Shown one piece after another: positions 20,428 to 30,956 of a DNA stretch of 64,000 nt. The notes under the pieces are model-generated. The model was given only the letters and a program-made list of their open reading frames with translations, was not told the DNA's origin and searched no databases. The stretch is from assembly GCA_015063325.1 (NCBI GenBank), contig SVUK01000004.1:2583-66582 (forward strand), given 5' to 3'. Within the stretch, counting starts at the first letter, position 1. Each line of letters starts with the position of its first letter. The position numbers were made by a program, and so were the translations under genes. Origin of the DNA: Oscillospiraceae bacterium (GTDB lineage: Bacteria; Bacillota; Clostridia; Oscillospirales; CAG-272).

Positions 20428-20928
20428 TTATTCCCACTCAAATTTCGTCAAGTGTCCGGCCTCAACCATCCCTTCAAAATCGCGCTGGCGCAACACTTCG
20501 TAAACTGCAACGGCAACCGAATTGGAAAGATTCAGCGAGCGCAACCCCTCGCGCATCGGCAGGCGAACGCAGCGGTCGGGGTTTGCATAAAGGAAGTCTT
20601 CGGGCAGCCCTTTTGTCTCCTTGCCGAAGAACAGGTACACGTTTTCGGGGTATTCGACCTCGGTATATTTGCGCGGCGCCTTGGTGGAAAAGCAGTAGAA
20701 ATCGGCGTCCGGGTGCTTGGCAAAAAAGTCATCCAACCCGTCGTAGTAGGAAATGTCAAGATAGTGCCAATAGTCCAATCCGGCGCGTTTGAGCTTGCGG
20801 TCGTCAATTTCAAATCCCAGGGGACGAATCAGGTGCAAAGCCGCCCCGGTGGCAGCACAGGTGCGCGCAATATTGCCGGTATTTTGGGGGATTTCCGGTT
20901 CGTGAAGAACAATGTTGATGTTTGCCAT
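20428..20928 (-). CDS. trmL: tRNA (cytidine/uridine-34 2'-O)-methyltransferase
   Basis: PEIPQNTGNIARTC, KRAGLDYW, FGKETKGLP, RSLNLSN. Confidence 0.95.
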   Translation of the reverse strand: MANINIVLHEPEIPQNTGNIARTCAATGAALHLIRPLGFEIDDRKLKRAGLDYWHYLDISYYDGLDDFFAKHPDADFYCFSTKAPRKYTEVEYPENVYLFFGKETKGLPEDFLYANPDRCVRLPMREGLRSLNLSNSVAVAVYEVLRQRDFEGMVEAGHLTKFEWE

Positions 20929-21143
20929 GATATCAAAATCTCTTTTCTGTTCGTTGCTCCTATCATATCACAATTAAAGAAATTTTTCAAGTTTTTTTCG
21001 CAAATCCCGAAATATTTACAAAATATTCCACAATTTTGCAGAAAAGAATGATATAATAACTTCTAAAGTGCATATTATGCTTTTCAGAATTTTCCAAGAC
21101 AGAATCCTCCAAGACAGAATCCCACAAGAAAGGATTTCAGAAA

Positions 21144-23903
21144 ATGTCCCTTATTACCAAGATTTTCGGAACTTATAGTCAACGGCAGCTCAAAAAGATC
21201 AAATCAATCGCCGATCAGATCGACGGGCTCGCCGACCACTACCGCGGACTTTCCAACACCGAATTGCAAGCGGTAACGCCGGCGCTCAAAGCGCGGCTTG
21301 CCGCCGGGGAAACGACGGATGATATTCTGCCCGACGCCTTTGCCGCTATTCGCGAGGCGGCGGACCGCGTGTTGGGCAAACGACCCTTCCGTGTGCAGGT
21401 GCTGGGCGGTATCGTTTTGCACCAGGGAAGAATTGCCGAAATGAAGACCGGAGAAGGCAAAACGCTGGTTGCCACACTTCCCGCATACTTGAACGCGCTG
21501 ACCGGAAACGGCGTTCATATCGTCACGGTCAACGATTACCTTGCGCGTGTCGGCGCCGAGGAAATGGGCAGAGTATACGAGTTTATGGGGCTCTCTACCG
21601 GACTTGTGGTGCAGGGGCAGAGCAATGCCGAAAAACACGTCGCATACAACGCCGACATTACCTACGGCACCAACAACGAATTCGGATTCGACTATCTGCG
21701 TGATAATATGGTACCTTATAAGGAGAGCATGGTTCAGCGCGGACACGCGTTTGCCATTGTGGACGAAGTGGACTCCATTCTGATCGACGAAGCGCGCACA
21801 CCGCTGATCATCTCGGGTCAGGGCGAGCAGGTTTCGGATCTTTATGCGCAGGCGGATCGGCTGGTTCGCAGTATGAAGAAGAAGGTCATTAAGGAAGTGG
21901 ACGCCAAGGAGAGCCAGGACGACGTCGATGCCGACTATATCGTGGACGAGAAGGCGAACAATGCCATTTTGACGCCGCGCGGAGCGAAGAAAGCCGAGGA
22001 ATTTTTCGGGTTGGAGAACTTTACCGATCTGGAAAACGTCGAATATGCGCACCATGTCAATCAGGCGATTCGTGCCCACGGTTGCATGCACCGCGACGTC
22101 GACTACGTGGTCAACGAGAACGGCGTCATGATTGTGGACACCTTTACCGGACGTCTGATGCCGGGCAGACGATATTCGGACGGCTTGCACCAGGCAATCG
22201 AAGCAAAGGAGGGTGTGGAGGTTCAGAAAGAGAACAAAACGCTGGCAACCATCACTTTCCAAAACTATTTCCGCATGTACCGCAAACTTTCGGGCATGAC
22301 CGGAACGGCACTGACCGAGGAGGACGAATTCCGCGAAATTTACGCGCTGGACGTTGTGGAAATTCCAACCAATATGCCCATGATCCGAAACGATCACAAC
22401 GATGTGATCTATAAAACGGTGAACGCGAAGTATAACGCCGTGATCGAGCAGGTGCGCGAATGCCACGAAAAAGGACAGCCTGTATTGGTCGGTACCGTTT
22501 CCATTGATAAATCCGAGGAGCTTTCCCGTCGGCTGAAAAACGCAGGAATTCCGCATACCGTTCTGAATGCGAAATTCCACGCCAAGGAGGCGGAGATCGT
22601 CGCACAGGCAGGTAAATTCGGAGCGGTCACCATTTCCACCAATATGGCAGGGCGCGGAACCGATATTCTGTTGGGCGGCAACCCGGAATTTATGGCAAAA
22701 GCCGATATGCGTGCCAAGGGCGTGCCCGAGGAGTATATCGCCCGTTGTACGGGTATGACCGAGACAGACGACGAAGAGCTGATTGCCGCACGCGCACAGT
22801 TCCGCGAGTTGTTGGAAAAACATCGCGCCGAAATTGCGCCCGAAGCCGAAAAGGTCAAGTCGGTGGGCGGATTGTTCATCATCGGCACAGAGCGGCATGA
22901 AAGCCGCCGCATTGATAACCAGCTTCGCGGCCGTTCCGGACGTCAAGGCGACCCCGGCGAATCGCAGTTCTTCCTTTCCATGGAGGACGATCTTATGCGC
23001 CTGTTCGGCACCGACCGTATCATGGGGTTGGTCAACGCGCTGAAAATGCCGGAGGATCAACCCATCAATTCCGGGCTTCTTACCGGCGCAATCGAGCGCG
23101 CGCAAAAGAACCTGGAGGCAACCAACTTCCGCCGCCGGAAGTACGTTTTGGAATATGATGACGTTATGAATCGTCAAAGAACCATCATTTACGGTCAGCG
23201 GCAGGATGTTTTGAACGGAAAGGACGTTTCCGAAACGATACAAAAAATGCTCACGTCCACCGTTTCGGCAACCGTGGCGGAATATCTGCACGGCGAACGC
23301 GGAGAATGGGATTTCAACGGTCTGCGCGCACATTTCAACGGCACGCTGACATCGGATGAGGATTTCCGCTACGACGAGGGAGAATTACGGCGGATTACGC
23401 CCGAAGAGATTGACGAAATGCTTTGCGACCGCGTCATGAAACGGTATCACGAAAAAGAGGAGCTGTTCGGTTCCGACGTATTCCGCGAGGTGGAACGTTC
23501 GGTTCTTCTTCGGAGCGTTGATACGGCGTGGATGGAGCATATCGACGAAATGGAAGACCTGAAAAACGGGGTCAGTCTGCAAGGATATGCTCAGCGCGAT
23601 CCGATCAACGAATACCGCATTCAGGGAGCCGCGCTGTTCGATTCCATGATCGACACCATCCGGCAGAATACCCTGCGTACCATTCTTTCGGTCGTTCCCA
23701 AGCAGGAACCCATTCGCCGGGAGCAGGTTGCAAAGCCGCTGTTTGCAGGCTTTGAGGGAACGCGAAATCTTAAAAAGAATGTGCGCGTAGTCAATAAACC
23801 GGCGGCAAAAGTGCAAACGGTGGGAAGAAACGATCCCTGCCCCTGCGGTTCCGGAAAAAAATATAAGAACTGCTGTATGAGAAAGGATCAGTCGGGCAAT
23901 TGA
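21144..23903 (+). CDS. secA: Preprotein translocase ATPase SecA
   Basis: MKTGEGKT, DEVDSILIDEARTPL, TNMAGRGTD, RRIDNQLRGRSGRQGD, C-terminal GRNDPCPCGSGKKYKNC. Confidence 0.99.
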   Translation: MSLITKIFGTYSQRQLKKIKSIADQIDGLADHYRGLSNTELQAVTPALKARLAAGETTDDILPDAFAAIREAADRVLGKRPFRVQVLGGIVLHQGRIAEMKTGEGKTLVATLPAYLNALTGNGVHIVTVNDYLARVGAEEMGRVYEFMGLSTGLVVQGQSNAEKHVAYNADITYGTNNEFGFDYLRDNMVPYKESMVQRGHAFAIVDEVDSILIDEARTPLIISGQGEQVSDLYAQADRLVRSMKKKVIKEVDAKESQDDVDADYIVDEKANNAILTPRGAKKAEEFFGLENFTDLENVEYAHHVNQAIRAHGCMHRDVDYVVNENGVMIVDTFTGRLMPGRRYSDGLHQAIEAKEGVEVQKENKTLATITFQNYFRMYRKLSGMTGTALTEEDEFREIYALDVVEIPTNMPMIRNDHNDVIYKTVNAKYNAVIEQVRECHEKGQPVLVGTVSIDKSEELSRRLKNAGIPHTVLNAKFHAKEAEIVAQAGKFGAVTISTNMAGRGTDILLGGNPEFMAKADMRAKGVPEEYIARCTGMTETDDEELIAARAQFRELLEKHRAEIAPEAEKVKSVGGLFIIGTERHESRRIDNQLRGRSGRQGDPGESQFFLSMEDDLMRLFGTDRIMGLVNALKMPEDQPINSGLLTGAIERAQKNLEATNFRRRKYVLEYDDVMNRQRTIIYGQRQDVLNGKDVSETIQKMLTSTVSATVAEYLHGERGEWDFNGLRAHFNGTLTSDEDFRYDEGELRRITPEEIDEMLCDRVMKRYHEKEELFGSDVFREVERSVLLRSVDTAWMEHIDEMEDLKNGVSLQGYAQRDPINEYRIQGAALFDSMIDTIRQNTLRTILSVVPKQEPIRREQVAKPLFAGFEGTRNLKKNVRVVNKPAAKVQTVGRNDPCPCGSGKKYKNCCMRKDQSGN

Positions 23904-23917
23904 CCCGATAGAAGAAT

Positions 23918-24655
23918 ATGGGATTCGGATATTTGTTTTTGGGGTATCTCTGCGCCTTCCTGTTGAAAGTTACGGCGGATATCCAGCCGCTCGGCGCCGG
24001 CGCGCTTGCGGTGTTGCTCGGCATTATGCTGATGGCGGCAGGCATTCGCAAACTTTCGGAATATGAAAGCTCATTTCGGCTTTCGTTTTTTCCATTGGGA
24101 CTTTTGCTGATCGAAAATTGCTATCGGCTGATCGGCATGGTCGGCGCGTGGATCGGCGCAAAACCGGAGTGGATGACCGCAACGGTTGATTCGGCGGTCT
24201 CGTGGGTGGAATTTGTCCTTATTCTCGCCGTCCATGCAGCGCTTTTTTGGGCAATTGCGCGCCTTGCGCTGGCGGTGGATTTGCGCAAAACGGCAAATGC
24301 GGCAATTCGGAATCTTGTGTTTGTCGGATTGTGGGGAATTCTGTATTTGGTTTGGGCGCTTGTGCCCATGCCGCAGGAGTGGAAAAACGCCTTTTTCCGC
24401 ATCCAGGTCATCGTCAATCTGCTTGTCATTTTGTTCAATCTGGCATTGCTCCTCTCTTGCATGAAAAATATTGCGCCCGAGGAGGATGCCGATCAACCAC
24501 CGCACCGCTACCGGTGGAATTTCCTCAATCGCGTTGGCGATCGTTTTTTCAGCGAGCACGAGCGCGCGGCGGAGAAAAAGCAAAAGGAGACAGAGGACTT
24601 TTTGCGCCGCCGGAGAGAACGTAAAGAGGAAAAGAAAAAAGAGAAAAAGAAGTAG
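23918..24655 (+). CDS. Hypothetical membrane protein
   Basis: About 6 hydrophobic segments and a charged tail; 14 bp after secA. Confidence 0.75.
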   Translation: MGFGYLFLGYLCAFLLKVTADIQPLGAGALAVLLGIMLMAAGIRKLSEYESSFRLSFFPLGLLLIENCYRLIGMVGAWIGAKPEWMTATVDSAVSWVEFVLILAVHAALFWAIARLALAVDLRKTANAAIRNLVFVGLWGILYLVWALVPMPQEWKNAFFRIQVIVNLLVILFNLALLLSCMKNIAPEEDADQPPHRYRWNFLNRVGDRFFSEHERAAEKKQKETEDFLRRRRERKEEKKKEKKK

Positions 24656-24783
24656 AATCAAATTTTTGCTTTTTAAGCTACGAAAAAAAGCGAGCGTAAA
24701 AAAGCGAGCGTAAAAAAGCGATTAAAAAAGAGAACAAAAGAGATTAAAACCGAGATTGTAAGCAATCGGAAAGGAGAGGCGCC

Positions 24784-26181
24784 ATGAAGAAGAACCGGGG
24801 AACGGGATATGCGCTGATGTTGATTGCCGGACTGTTTTTGTGGAATCCAACCGTCGGAATGGTCGACGTTCTGCCGGACTTGATCGGATATCTTCTTCTG
24901 TTTGCCGGACTTTCCCGGGTTGCCGATCTGCAAGAGGAAATTTACGAGACAAGGGAACGGTTTCGCACTGTCACATGGATTGCGCTCGGTGAGATCGTCG
25001 CGCAGCTTTTTATTCGCTTTTTCCTATCGGTCACCGTTTCTTCGGAGGACCTTTACGGGCAAAATACCCCCATGTGGATTTTGCTGTTTTCGTTTGTCGT
25101 AACCGTTTTGGAATGCTATTTTCTCATCCCTGCATATCGCGGACTGTTTCGGGGACTGGGACGACTTGCCGAGCGAAAGGAAGCGGCGCATATCAATGGC
25201 GGCGCACGTGCCAAGAGCCGGTATGAACGCATGGTTGTTTTTTGCGTTTTTTTTGTCATCGGCAAAAATTTGCTCTCGCTTTTGCCCGAGCTTTCCGCAC
25301 TTTCCACAGCCGCCTATGCGGCAGGAACGGCGACGACCGACTGGTATGCGTATATCCGCGTCATTCGTCTGTTGTTATTCCTGCCGGCGCTGGTGCTAAC
25401 GAGTTGCTGGCTGGTTTCGTGGGTCCGTATTTTCGCTTCGGCAAAAAAGGATTTTGCATTCCAAGAGGCAATTCAAAAGGATTACGAGACAAAAATTTTG
25501 CCCAACCGGGGACTTCTCCTGGGGCGTCGCGTGCGCCTTTCCTTTCTGCTTGCGCGGATCGGCGCCGCCCTGTTGCCGACTTTTGTACTCTTGTGGGAAG
25601 GGAGCGAGCAAACGCAAGTGCGTTTTGGAACCGAGATTTTGCCGGATTTTGCCGCCGTCACATTTCTGATGGCGTCCATTATCTTGCTCGGCTTGTTCGA
25701 GCATATTCGACAAAGCGAAATCTGGGTTGGTGCCGCGGCAATATTCGGGGGAACGGTCGATTGGATTTTGTGTACGCTTTTCTATCAAAAATATACGTTG
25801 CGTGATGCGCGCAACCTCCCGGATGCTATTCGGAGTATGCAAATTCTGACGGTTACAACCATTCTTTCCTCATTGCTTACAGCGGCACTTTTCTGCCTGT
25901 TTTTCTTGCGTATCATCCGCTTAATCAAAGCCGAGATTGGTGGGAAGGCGATCAAGGATTATCAAGGTAGATTGGTTTGGCTGTTCATTTTGCTGACCTG
26001 TATTACTGCCGGGAAGATTGCCGATCGAATCCTGCGTCCGTGGACGGGGTGGATTTGGTGGATCCCACTGTTGTTAACCGTTGCGTTTGTTCTGATTCTT
26101 TCCTCTGTGTTTTCCGATTTGAGCGTCGCATTGGATGCGCGTTATCCGGCAAAAAATCCGGAACAGGTCGGCGCGGATTGA
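24784..26181 (+). CDS. Hypothetical polytopic membrane protein
   Basis: RBS AAGGAG; many TM segments; DVLPDLIGY motif, echoed internally as EILPDFAA. Confidence 0.8.
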   Translation: MKKNRGTGYALMLIAGLFLWNPTVGMVDVLPDLIGYLLLFAGLSRVADLQEEIYETRERFRTVTWIALGEIVAQLFIRFFLSVTVSSEDLYGQNTPMWILLFSFVVTVLECYFLIPAYRGLFRGLGRLAERKEAAHINGGARAKSRYERMVVFCVFFVIGKNLLSLLPELSALSTAAYAAGTATTDWYAYIRVIRLLLFLPALVLTSCWLVSWVRIFASAKKDFAFQEAIQKDYETKILPNRGLLLGRRVRLSFLLARIGAALLPTFVLLWEGSEQTQVRFGTEILPDFAAVTFLMASIILLGLFEHIRQSEIWVGAAAIFGGTVDWILCTLFYQKYTLRDARNLPDAIRSMQILTVTTILSSLLTAALFCLFFLRIIRLIKAEIGGKAIKDYQGRLVWLFILLTCITAGKIADRILRPWTGWIWWIPLLLTVAFVLILSSVFSDLSVALDARYPAKNPEQVGAD

Positions 26182-26293
26182 TTTTCATCAAAAGAAAAAT
26201 ACAAACGAAAAATAAAAAAAAGAACGAGGTTAAAATTTAAAATTTTAAAATAAGATTAGAATAAATAAAAAAAGCAAAACGAAAGTTATGCGA

Positions 26294-26330
26294 AAAAAGG
26301 CGCGCCGCTTTTTCAGCGGCGCGCCTTTTT
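26294..26330 (+). terminator. Intrinsic terminator
   Basis: AAAAAGGCGCGCCGCT / AGCGGCGCGCCTTTTT. Confidence 0.75.
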
Positions 26331-26420
26331 CTTGAGTCAGCAATTTGGAGTTCACTTTACTTTTTCGTATGCTTTTTTCAATTTTGGGGAATCCTGTCAA
26401 TGAAGAAAGGAGCAAGGAAA

Positions 26421-27875
26421 ATGGAGCAAACGCAAACCGGACTTTCAGAAAATTTGGAAACAATTCTTTCGGCGTTTCGCACCGACGCGTCGTTTCGGTG
26501 CCGGGTGTTTCAAACAGGAATGGGAGCGCGCGCGGCAATCTGTTATTTGGACGGAATGGTGTCGCAGGAAGTGGTTCGCGAAGGCGTGATCCGTCCGCTG
26601 ATGCTGGCTCTGCCGACGAGTGAACCGAATCTTGCCGCCTATGCCTCGGAATGCGTTCTTTTTGCGACCGAGGTCAAGGGAACCGATTCGATTGATACGG
26701 CGATCGACGGGCTTTTAGGCGGCGCGGCGATCCTGTTTTTCGACGCCTGCCCAACCGTTCTCGTCATCGATGCCAAAGGGTTCCGTTCCCGTGGCATCCA
26801 GGAGCCGGAAAACGAATCGGTTTTGCAGGGACCGCGCGAAGGATTTGACGAGGTTGCAATCCAAAGCATTGCCATGATCCGCCGCAAGTTGCAAACGCCC
26901 GATCTGTGCGCCGAGCAAATCACCCTCGGCAAACAAACAAAAACGGCGATTTATCTTTGCTATCTGCGTCGGTTGGCTTCTCCGAGATTGGTCGCCGAGC
27001 TCAAACGCCGCCTTGCCAAGATAGAGATCGACGGCGTTTTGGATACCAATTACCTCAACGAGTTGATCCGGGATAAAAAAACGTCGATTTTCAAAACGAT
27101 GGGAACGACCGAACGTCCCGACGTGGTTGCCGCCAAACTGTTGGAAGGACGGGTGGCAATTCTTGCAAACGGGACGCCGGTGGTTTTAACGGTACCCTAT
27201 CTATTTGCCGAAAACTTTCAGTCCGACGAAGATTACTACGTTAATTTTTGGGGCGCTTCCATCGGGCGCCTCTTGCGGTATTTGTGCTTTTTTCTTACCA
27301 TATCGGTCCCTGCGGTTTATCTCGCCCTTTTAACGCATCATCAAAGGCTACTGCCCACCTTCCTGTTGCTTTCGGCTGCAGGAACACGAGGCGGCGTTCC
27401 GTTCTCCTCGCTTGTGGAGTGTTTGGTTTTGATATTGGTTTTGGAGATTTTGAAGGAGACCGGCGCGCGCATGCCGCAGAACTTGGGACACACGCTGGGC
27501 ATCATCGGCGGCTTGGTGGTGGGGCAGGCGGCGGTGGAGGCAAGATTGGTCAGCGCGTCTATGCTGATTGTCGTCGCCGTCAGCGGTATTGCAGGATTGA
27601 TGATTCCGCGTCTGCGTGCGGCGGTGTTCTTTTTGCGCGTGGGACTTGTCCTGTTGTCGGCGTGGTTGGGATTGGCAGGATGGCTTTTGGGAGTCTCTGC
27701 TTTGCTGATCCGTCTGACGGGGACGACCTCGTTCGGCGTTTCTTACCTGCAACCGTTGGAATCGCCTACCGCGCAGGGAATGAAGGATACCTTTTTGCGT
27801 GTTTCGTGGGGAAAAATGCTTACTCGTCCTGCATTCAACCGCAATTTGACCCGGCAAAGGAGAAAAAAAGAATGA
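26421..27875 (+). CDS. Spore germination receptor A subunit (GerA family)
   Basis: EPENESVLQGPREGF, TERPDVVAAKLLEGR, IIGGLVVGQAAVEA. Confidence 0.93.
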   Translation: MEQTQTGLSENLETILSAFRTDASFRCRVFQTGMGARAAICYLDGMVSQEVVREGVIRPLMLALPTSEPNLAAYASECVLFATEVKGTDSIDTAIDGLLGGAAILFFDACPTVLVIDAKGFRSRGIQEPENESVLQGPREGFDEVAIQSIAMIRRKLQTPDLCAEQITLGKQTKTAIYLCYLRRLASPRLVAELKRRLAKIEIDGVLDTNYLNELIRDKKTSIFKTMGTTERPDVVAAKLLEGRVAILANGTPVVLTVPYLFAENFQSDEDYYVNFWGASIGRLLRYLCFFLTISVPAVYLALLTHHQRLLPTFLLLSAAGTRGGVPFSSLVECLVLILVLEILKETGARMPQNLGHTLGIIGGLVVGQAAVEARLVSASMLIVVAVSGIAGLMIPRLRAAVFFLRVGLVLLSAWLGLAGWLLGVSALLIRLTGTTSFGVSYLQPLESPTAQGMKDTFLRVSWGKMLTRPAFNRNLTRQRRKKE

Positions 27876-28507
27876 AAAACCATTTTTTTCTGCCGATTTT
27901 TTTGTGTTTGATCAGTTTTTCGGCTTTCGGATGCCGAGCGGTAGAACCGGAAGAGGTGTATCTGATTTCGGCACTGGGGTTCGACCGAACAAATTCGGGA
28001 GTGCGCGTGTCTGCCGAAGTTCCGCTGACGCGCGAGGATGAAGCCGATAAAATGGAGGTGCGCGTTTTTGAAGGAGAGGGGGAAACTTTTCCGTCCGCGC
28101 TGGAAGCCATGAAAGCCGGGCTTGCCAAACAGTTGGAATTCGGACATTGCGCCCTGATCGTTTTTGGGGACGGAATGGAAAATTCGAGATTAGACGAGAT
28201 TTTGGAATGCCTTTTCGAATGGCAGGTTCCGCTTTCCGCAACCGTCGTTTATTCGCCGAATGCCGGGGAATTGCTAAAAAAAGGGAGCTTGAGCGCCCCT
28301 GCCGTCGGATATGAGATCCCCGATATTTTGCGGCTGATTTCAAAAGAGCGCGGCATTTTGTTCCAATGCAGGGTCTACGAGGTCGCGTCGTCGGGCGGAT
28401 CGTTCCGAATTCCGCAATTTTTGCCGAACGGAGAGGAAGCCGCCGAGGTGGATCGGTTGGAGGGTGAATGTGTATATCATGAGAAAAAGGCGGTGGGGAT
28501 TGAATGA
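27872..28507 (+). CDS. Spore germination receptor C subunit-like lipoprotein (short)
   Basis: Lipobox SAFGC then EPEEVYLISALGFD; ATGA overlap with gerA; 211 aa. Confidence 0.75.
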   Translation: MKNHFFLPIFLCLISFSAFGCRAVEPEEVYLISALGFDRTNSGVRVSAEVPLTREDEADKMEVRVFEGEGETFPSALEAMKAGLAKQLEFGHCALIVFGDGMENSRLDEILECLFEWQVPLSATVVYSPNAGELLKKGSLSAPAVGYEIPDILRLISKERGILFQCRVYEVASSGGSFRIPQFLPNGEEAAEVDRLEGECVYHEKKAVGIE

Positions 28508-29460
28508 AAACGAAGGAGGGTTTGCGCGGACTGCATGAAATCGCGCTGGTATCGCTGTTCACGCTTGGAAATACGCTTTTGCAATTTCCGTGGGCGAACG
28601 CGCAGGCAGGCGTTACCGTTTCCTTTCTCCTTTCAGCGCTTGCGGCACTGTTGTTTGGACTGGGTACGTCCTATTTTGCGGCATGGTTGTTTCGAAAATG
28701 GATGCGAAGTGGAACTAAAGTACGAATCGTTTTCTGCATTTTTCTTGCAATTCCGATTTGTGCGCTTGCGTTTTTTTATGCCGTCAAAGGGAGCCGGGAT
28801 ATATTGTCTTTTTTAGAGAAAACAATCCTTCCCAAAAAGACGGGATTGGTTTTTGCGGCATTTTTTCTTGCAGTTTGCGCGTGGCTTTCCCGGGGACCGC
28901 GGCGGGGAATGGACGTTTTTGCACTCATCGCTTTTTTTACGACTCTTGTTGCCGTGACGGTATTGTTTTTGCTGGGAATTCCGCAGTTCCGCACCGCGTA
29001 CGGCAAAATTGAACTTCCGAAAATTGAGGCAGTCGGCGCTTCCATTCTTCCGATTTTAACGGAGTTTGCTTTTCCAATGGCTCCGTTGGGCGTCTATTTG
29101 GCGCTTGCAAAACCGAAGAGGGGGAAAAGCCGTTCGCAAAAACCGCTTGCCGTTGGAATTTTGGTGGGCGGCGCAATCATGTTGGTGTGCGTTCTGCAAA
29201 CCCTGCTGACTTTCGGAGCGTCTTTTGCGGCAAGCTTGGAGTATCCTTATTCGGCGGCGGTACGCGTGGTTTCAGTCGGCGCATATGCCTTCCGACCCGA
29301 GTTGCTCTCCTATTTTTTGGATTTTTCCGCTTGCCTGATTCGCGTTGCCGTTTGTTTTTCGTGTTTTAAGTTTATGGTGGGAAGATTTTTGCCGCGCGCG
29401 CGGAACTTTGTTCCGCCGCTTGCCGCACTGTTCGTATTTATTACGCTTTGCTTCGTATAG
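28504..29460 (+). CDS. Spore germination receptor B subunit-like membrane protein
   Basis: Polytopic; YPYSAAVRVVSVGAYAFRPE; ATGA overlap with the C subunit. Confidence 0.75.
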   Translation: MKTKEGLRGLHEIALVSLFTLGNTLLQFPWANAQAGVTVSFLLSALAALLFGLGTSYFAAWLFRKWMRSGTKVRIVFCIFLAIPICALAFFYAVKGSRDILSFLEKTILPKKTGLVFAAFFLAVCAWLSRGPRRGMDVFALIAFFTTLVAVTVLFLLGIPQFRTAYGKIELPKIEAVGASILPILTEFAFPMAPLGVYLALAKPKRGKSRSQKPLAVGILVGGAIMLVCVLQTLLTFGASFAASLEYPYSAAVRVVSVGAYAFRPELLSYFLDFSACLIRVAVCFSCFKFMVGRFLPRARNFVPPLAALFVFITLCFV

Positions 29461-30779
29461 TGCTTGCCAAAGCGTTTCAAAGTTTCCTGTCGAATCTCTT
29501 TTCGAAGTAAAACGAGCGAAACGAGGTTGATCGAGGTCAAAATGGTAATGGCAAAATCCGAAATGCTCCAGATTGCTCCCGGCGCAACGGCACAGCCAAT
29601 CGGAATACAACAAAGAAAAACAATTGTATAAGCGATTTTTAAAGGTTTGGAGGAATTGATTGCCCAAAGAGCAGAAGCACCGTAGTCTGCCCAGCAAATG
29701 ACCGTGGCATAACCAAAACAGAAAATTGCCGCCGAAAGGAACCAGGCGGCACCGTCGCCGAGCGAGGCGGAAAACGCCGCAACCGTCATTAAAACGGGAG
29801 AATCGGTGAATTGGGAGGCGGCAGGAAGATTAACCAAAATCACAAATGCCGTCAGCGAGCAGAGGAGAATGGTGTCAACAAATACTTCAAGGATCCCCCA
29901 AACGCCCTGCGCGGCAGGGGAATTTGTGTTTGCGCTTGCATGAGCGGTCGGCGCGGTGCCGCATCCTGCCTCGTTGGAGAGAAGACCGCGCATGGTACCG
30001 ATTTTCAACGCGCGACAGGTCAAAAAACCGAGAATTCCGCCGGCGGCGCTCGCCGGAGAGAACGCACCGCAGAAAATCGACGCCAATACCGATGGAAGCG
30101 CCTCTCGCCGCAAAATCAAGACAGTAACCGCAAGCACCAAAAATCCAAGGGACATGATGGGAACAAGATATTCGGTCAGTGCAGAGATCCCTTTTGATCC
30201 GCAAAGAATCACAGGCGCTGAAAGAAGAACCAAAATCAGAGCAACAATCCAAACGGGAACACCCAAAACGCCCGAAAAGGAGGAGGAGACCGCATTGACT
30301 TGAATGATGCATCCCATGGTAAAGGAATTAAGAATCATAAAAAGGGCAAACAAGGCCGAGATTAAACCGCCGAGGCGAGCCGACCGACCAAATGCGCGGC
30401 GAATGTAATAAACGGCACCGCCTGAGTGGGAACCGTCGGAAAGTTCAATGCGGTGACGAACGGCGAGCAGAATTTCGGCATATTTCAGGACCATGGCGAG
30501 CAGAGCGGAGATCCACATCCAAAAAAGCGCCCCGGCACCACCCACAGCAAGCGCGTTTGCAACACCGACAATGTTTCCAACGCCAAGCGTTCCGGCAAGC
30601 GACTGCGTAAGAGCACGGAAAGGAGAGGTACCGCCGGGTTGCTTTTCTAATAATGCAGAAAACAGAGCGTGCGGACGAAGAAAAGGGAGACCGTGTAAAT
30701 AGAAAAGGAAAAAGAGGGCGCAGCCGGTCAGCAGAAAAGGAATTCCACCACCGGTCAGTAAACTCAAAAAGATCGACAT
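29310..30779 (-). CDS. Alanine/glycine:cation symporter (AGCS family)
   Basis: LAGTLGVGNIVGVA, GGAGALFWMW, RGLLSNEAGCGTAP, EVFVDT; start chosen at MSIFL. Confidence 0.9.
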   Translation of the reverse strand: MSIFLSLLTGGGIPFLLTGCALFFLFYLHGLPFLRPHALFSALLEKQPGGTSPFRALTQSLAGTLGVGNIVGVANALAVGGAGALFWMWISALLAMVLKYAEILLAVRHRIELSDGSHSGGAVYYIRRAFGRSARLGGLISALFALFMILNSFTMGCIIQVNAVSSSFSGVLGVPVWIVALILVLLSAPVILCGSKGISALTEYLVPIMSLGFLVLAVTVLILRREALPSVLASIFCGAFSPASAAGGILGFLTCRALKIGTMRGLLSNEAGCGTAPTAHASANTNSPAAQGVWGILEVFVDTILLCSLTAFVILVNLPAASQFTDSPVLMTVAAFSASLGDGAAWFLSAAIFCFGYATVICWADYGASALWAINSSKPLKIAYTIVFLCCIPIGCAVAPGAIWSISDFAITILTSINLVSLVLLRKEIRQETLKRFGKHYTKQSVINTNSAASGGTKFRARGKNLPTINLKHEKQTATRIRQAEKSKK

Positions 30780-30904
30780 TCCAATCATTCCCCCAAAAAT
30801 TAAACCGATTTTTATGATTTTATGAGAGCAAAACAGAAAAACATTCCAAAACGGGGAAAGCAGGGAGGAGAAAAAAGAAAAGCAAGAATCTTTCAAAACA
30901 AGAC

Positions 30905-30933
30905 TTGACAAGAGAAAAGAAATCGGATATAAT
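30905..30933 (+). promoter_or_regulatory. Sigma-A promoter of the tRNA gene
   Basis: TTGACA-17 bp-TATAAT. Confidence 0.85.
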
Positions 30934-30956
30934 AGATTTGTTCAAAAAAAGAGAAT

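Noticed and set aside
21204-23333. 709-aa antisense ORF, and similar long shadow ORFs such as 942-2129, 8414-9508, 57966-59543 and 62024-63409
   Set aside because: They lie opposite well-supported genes, have no motifs or RBS, and are expected from codon bias.
24683-24730. Short tandem repeat AAAAAAGCGAGCGT x2 plus partials (also CCAAGACAGAATCC x2 near 21093) as a CRISPR array or regulatory site
   Set aside because: No spacers or cas genes; best explained as slippage duplications.
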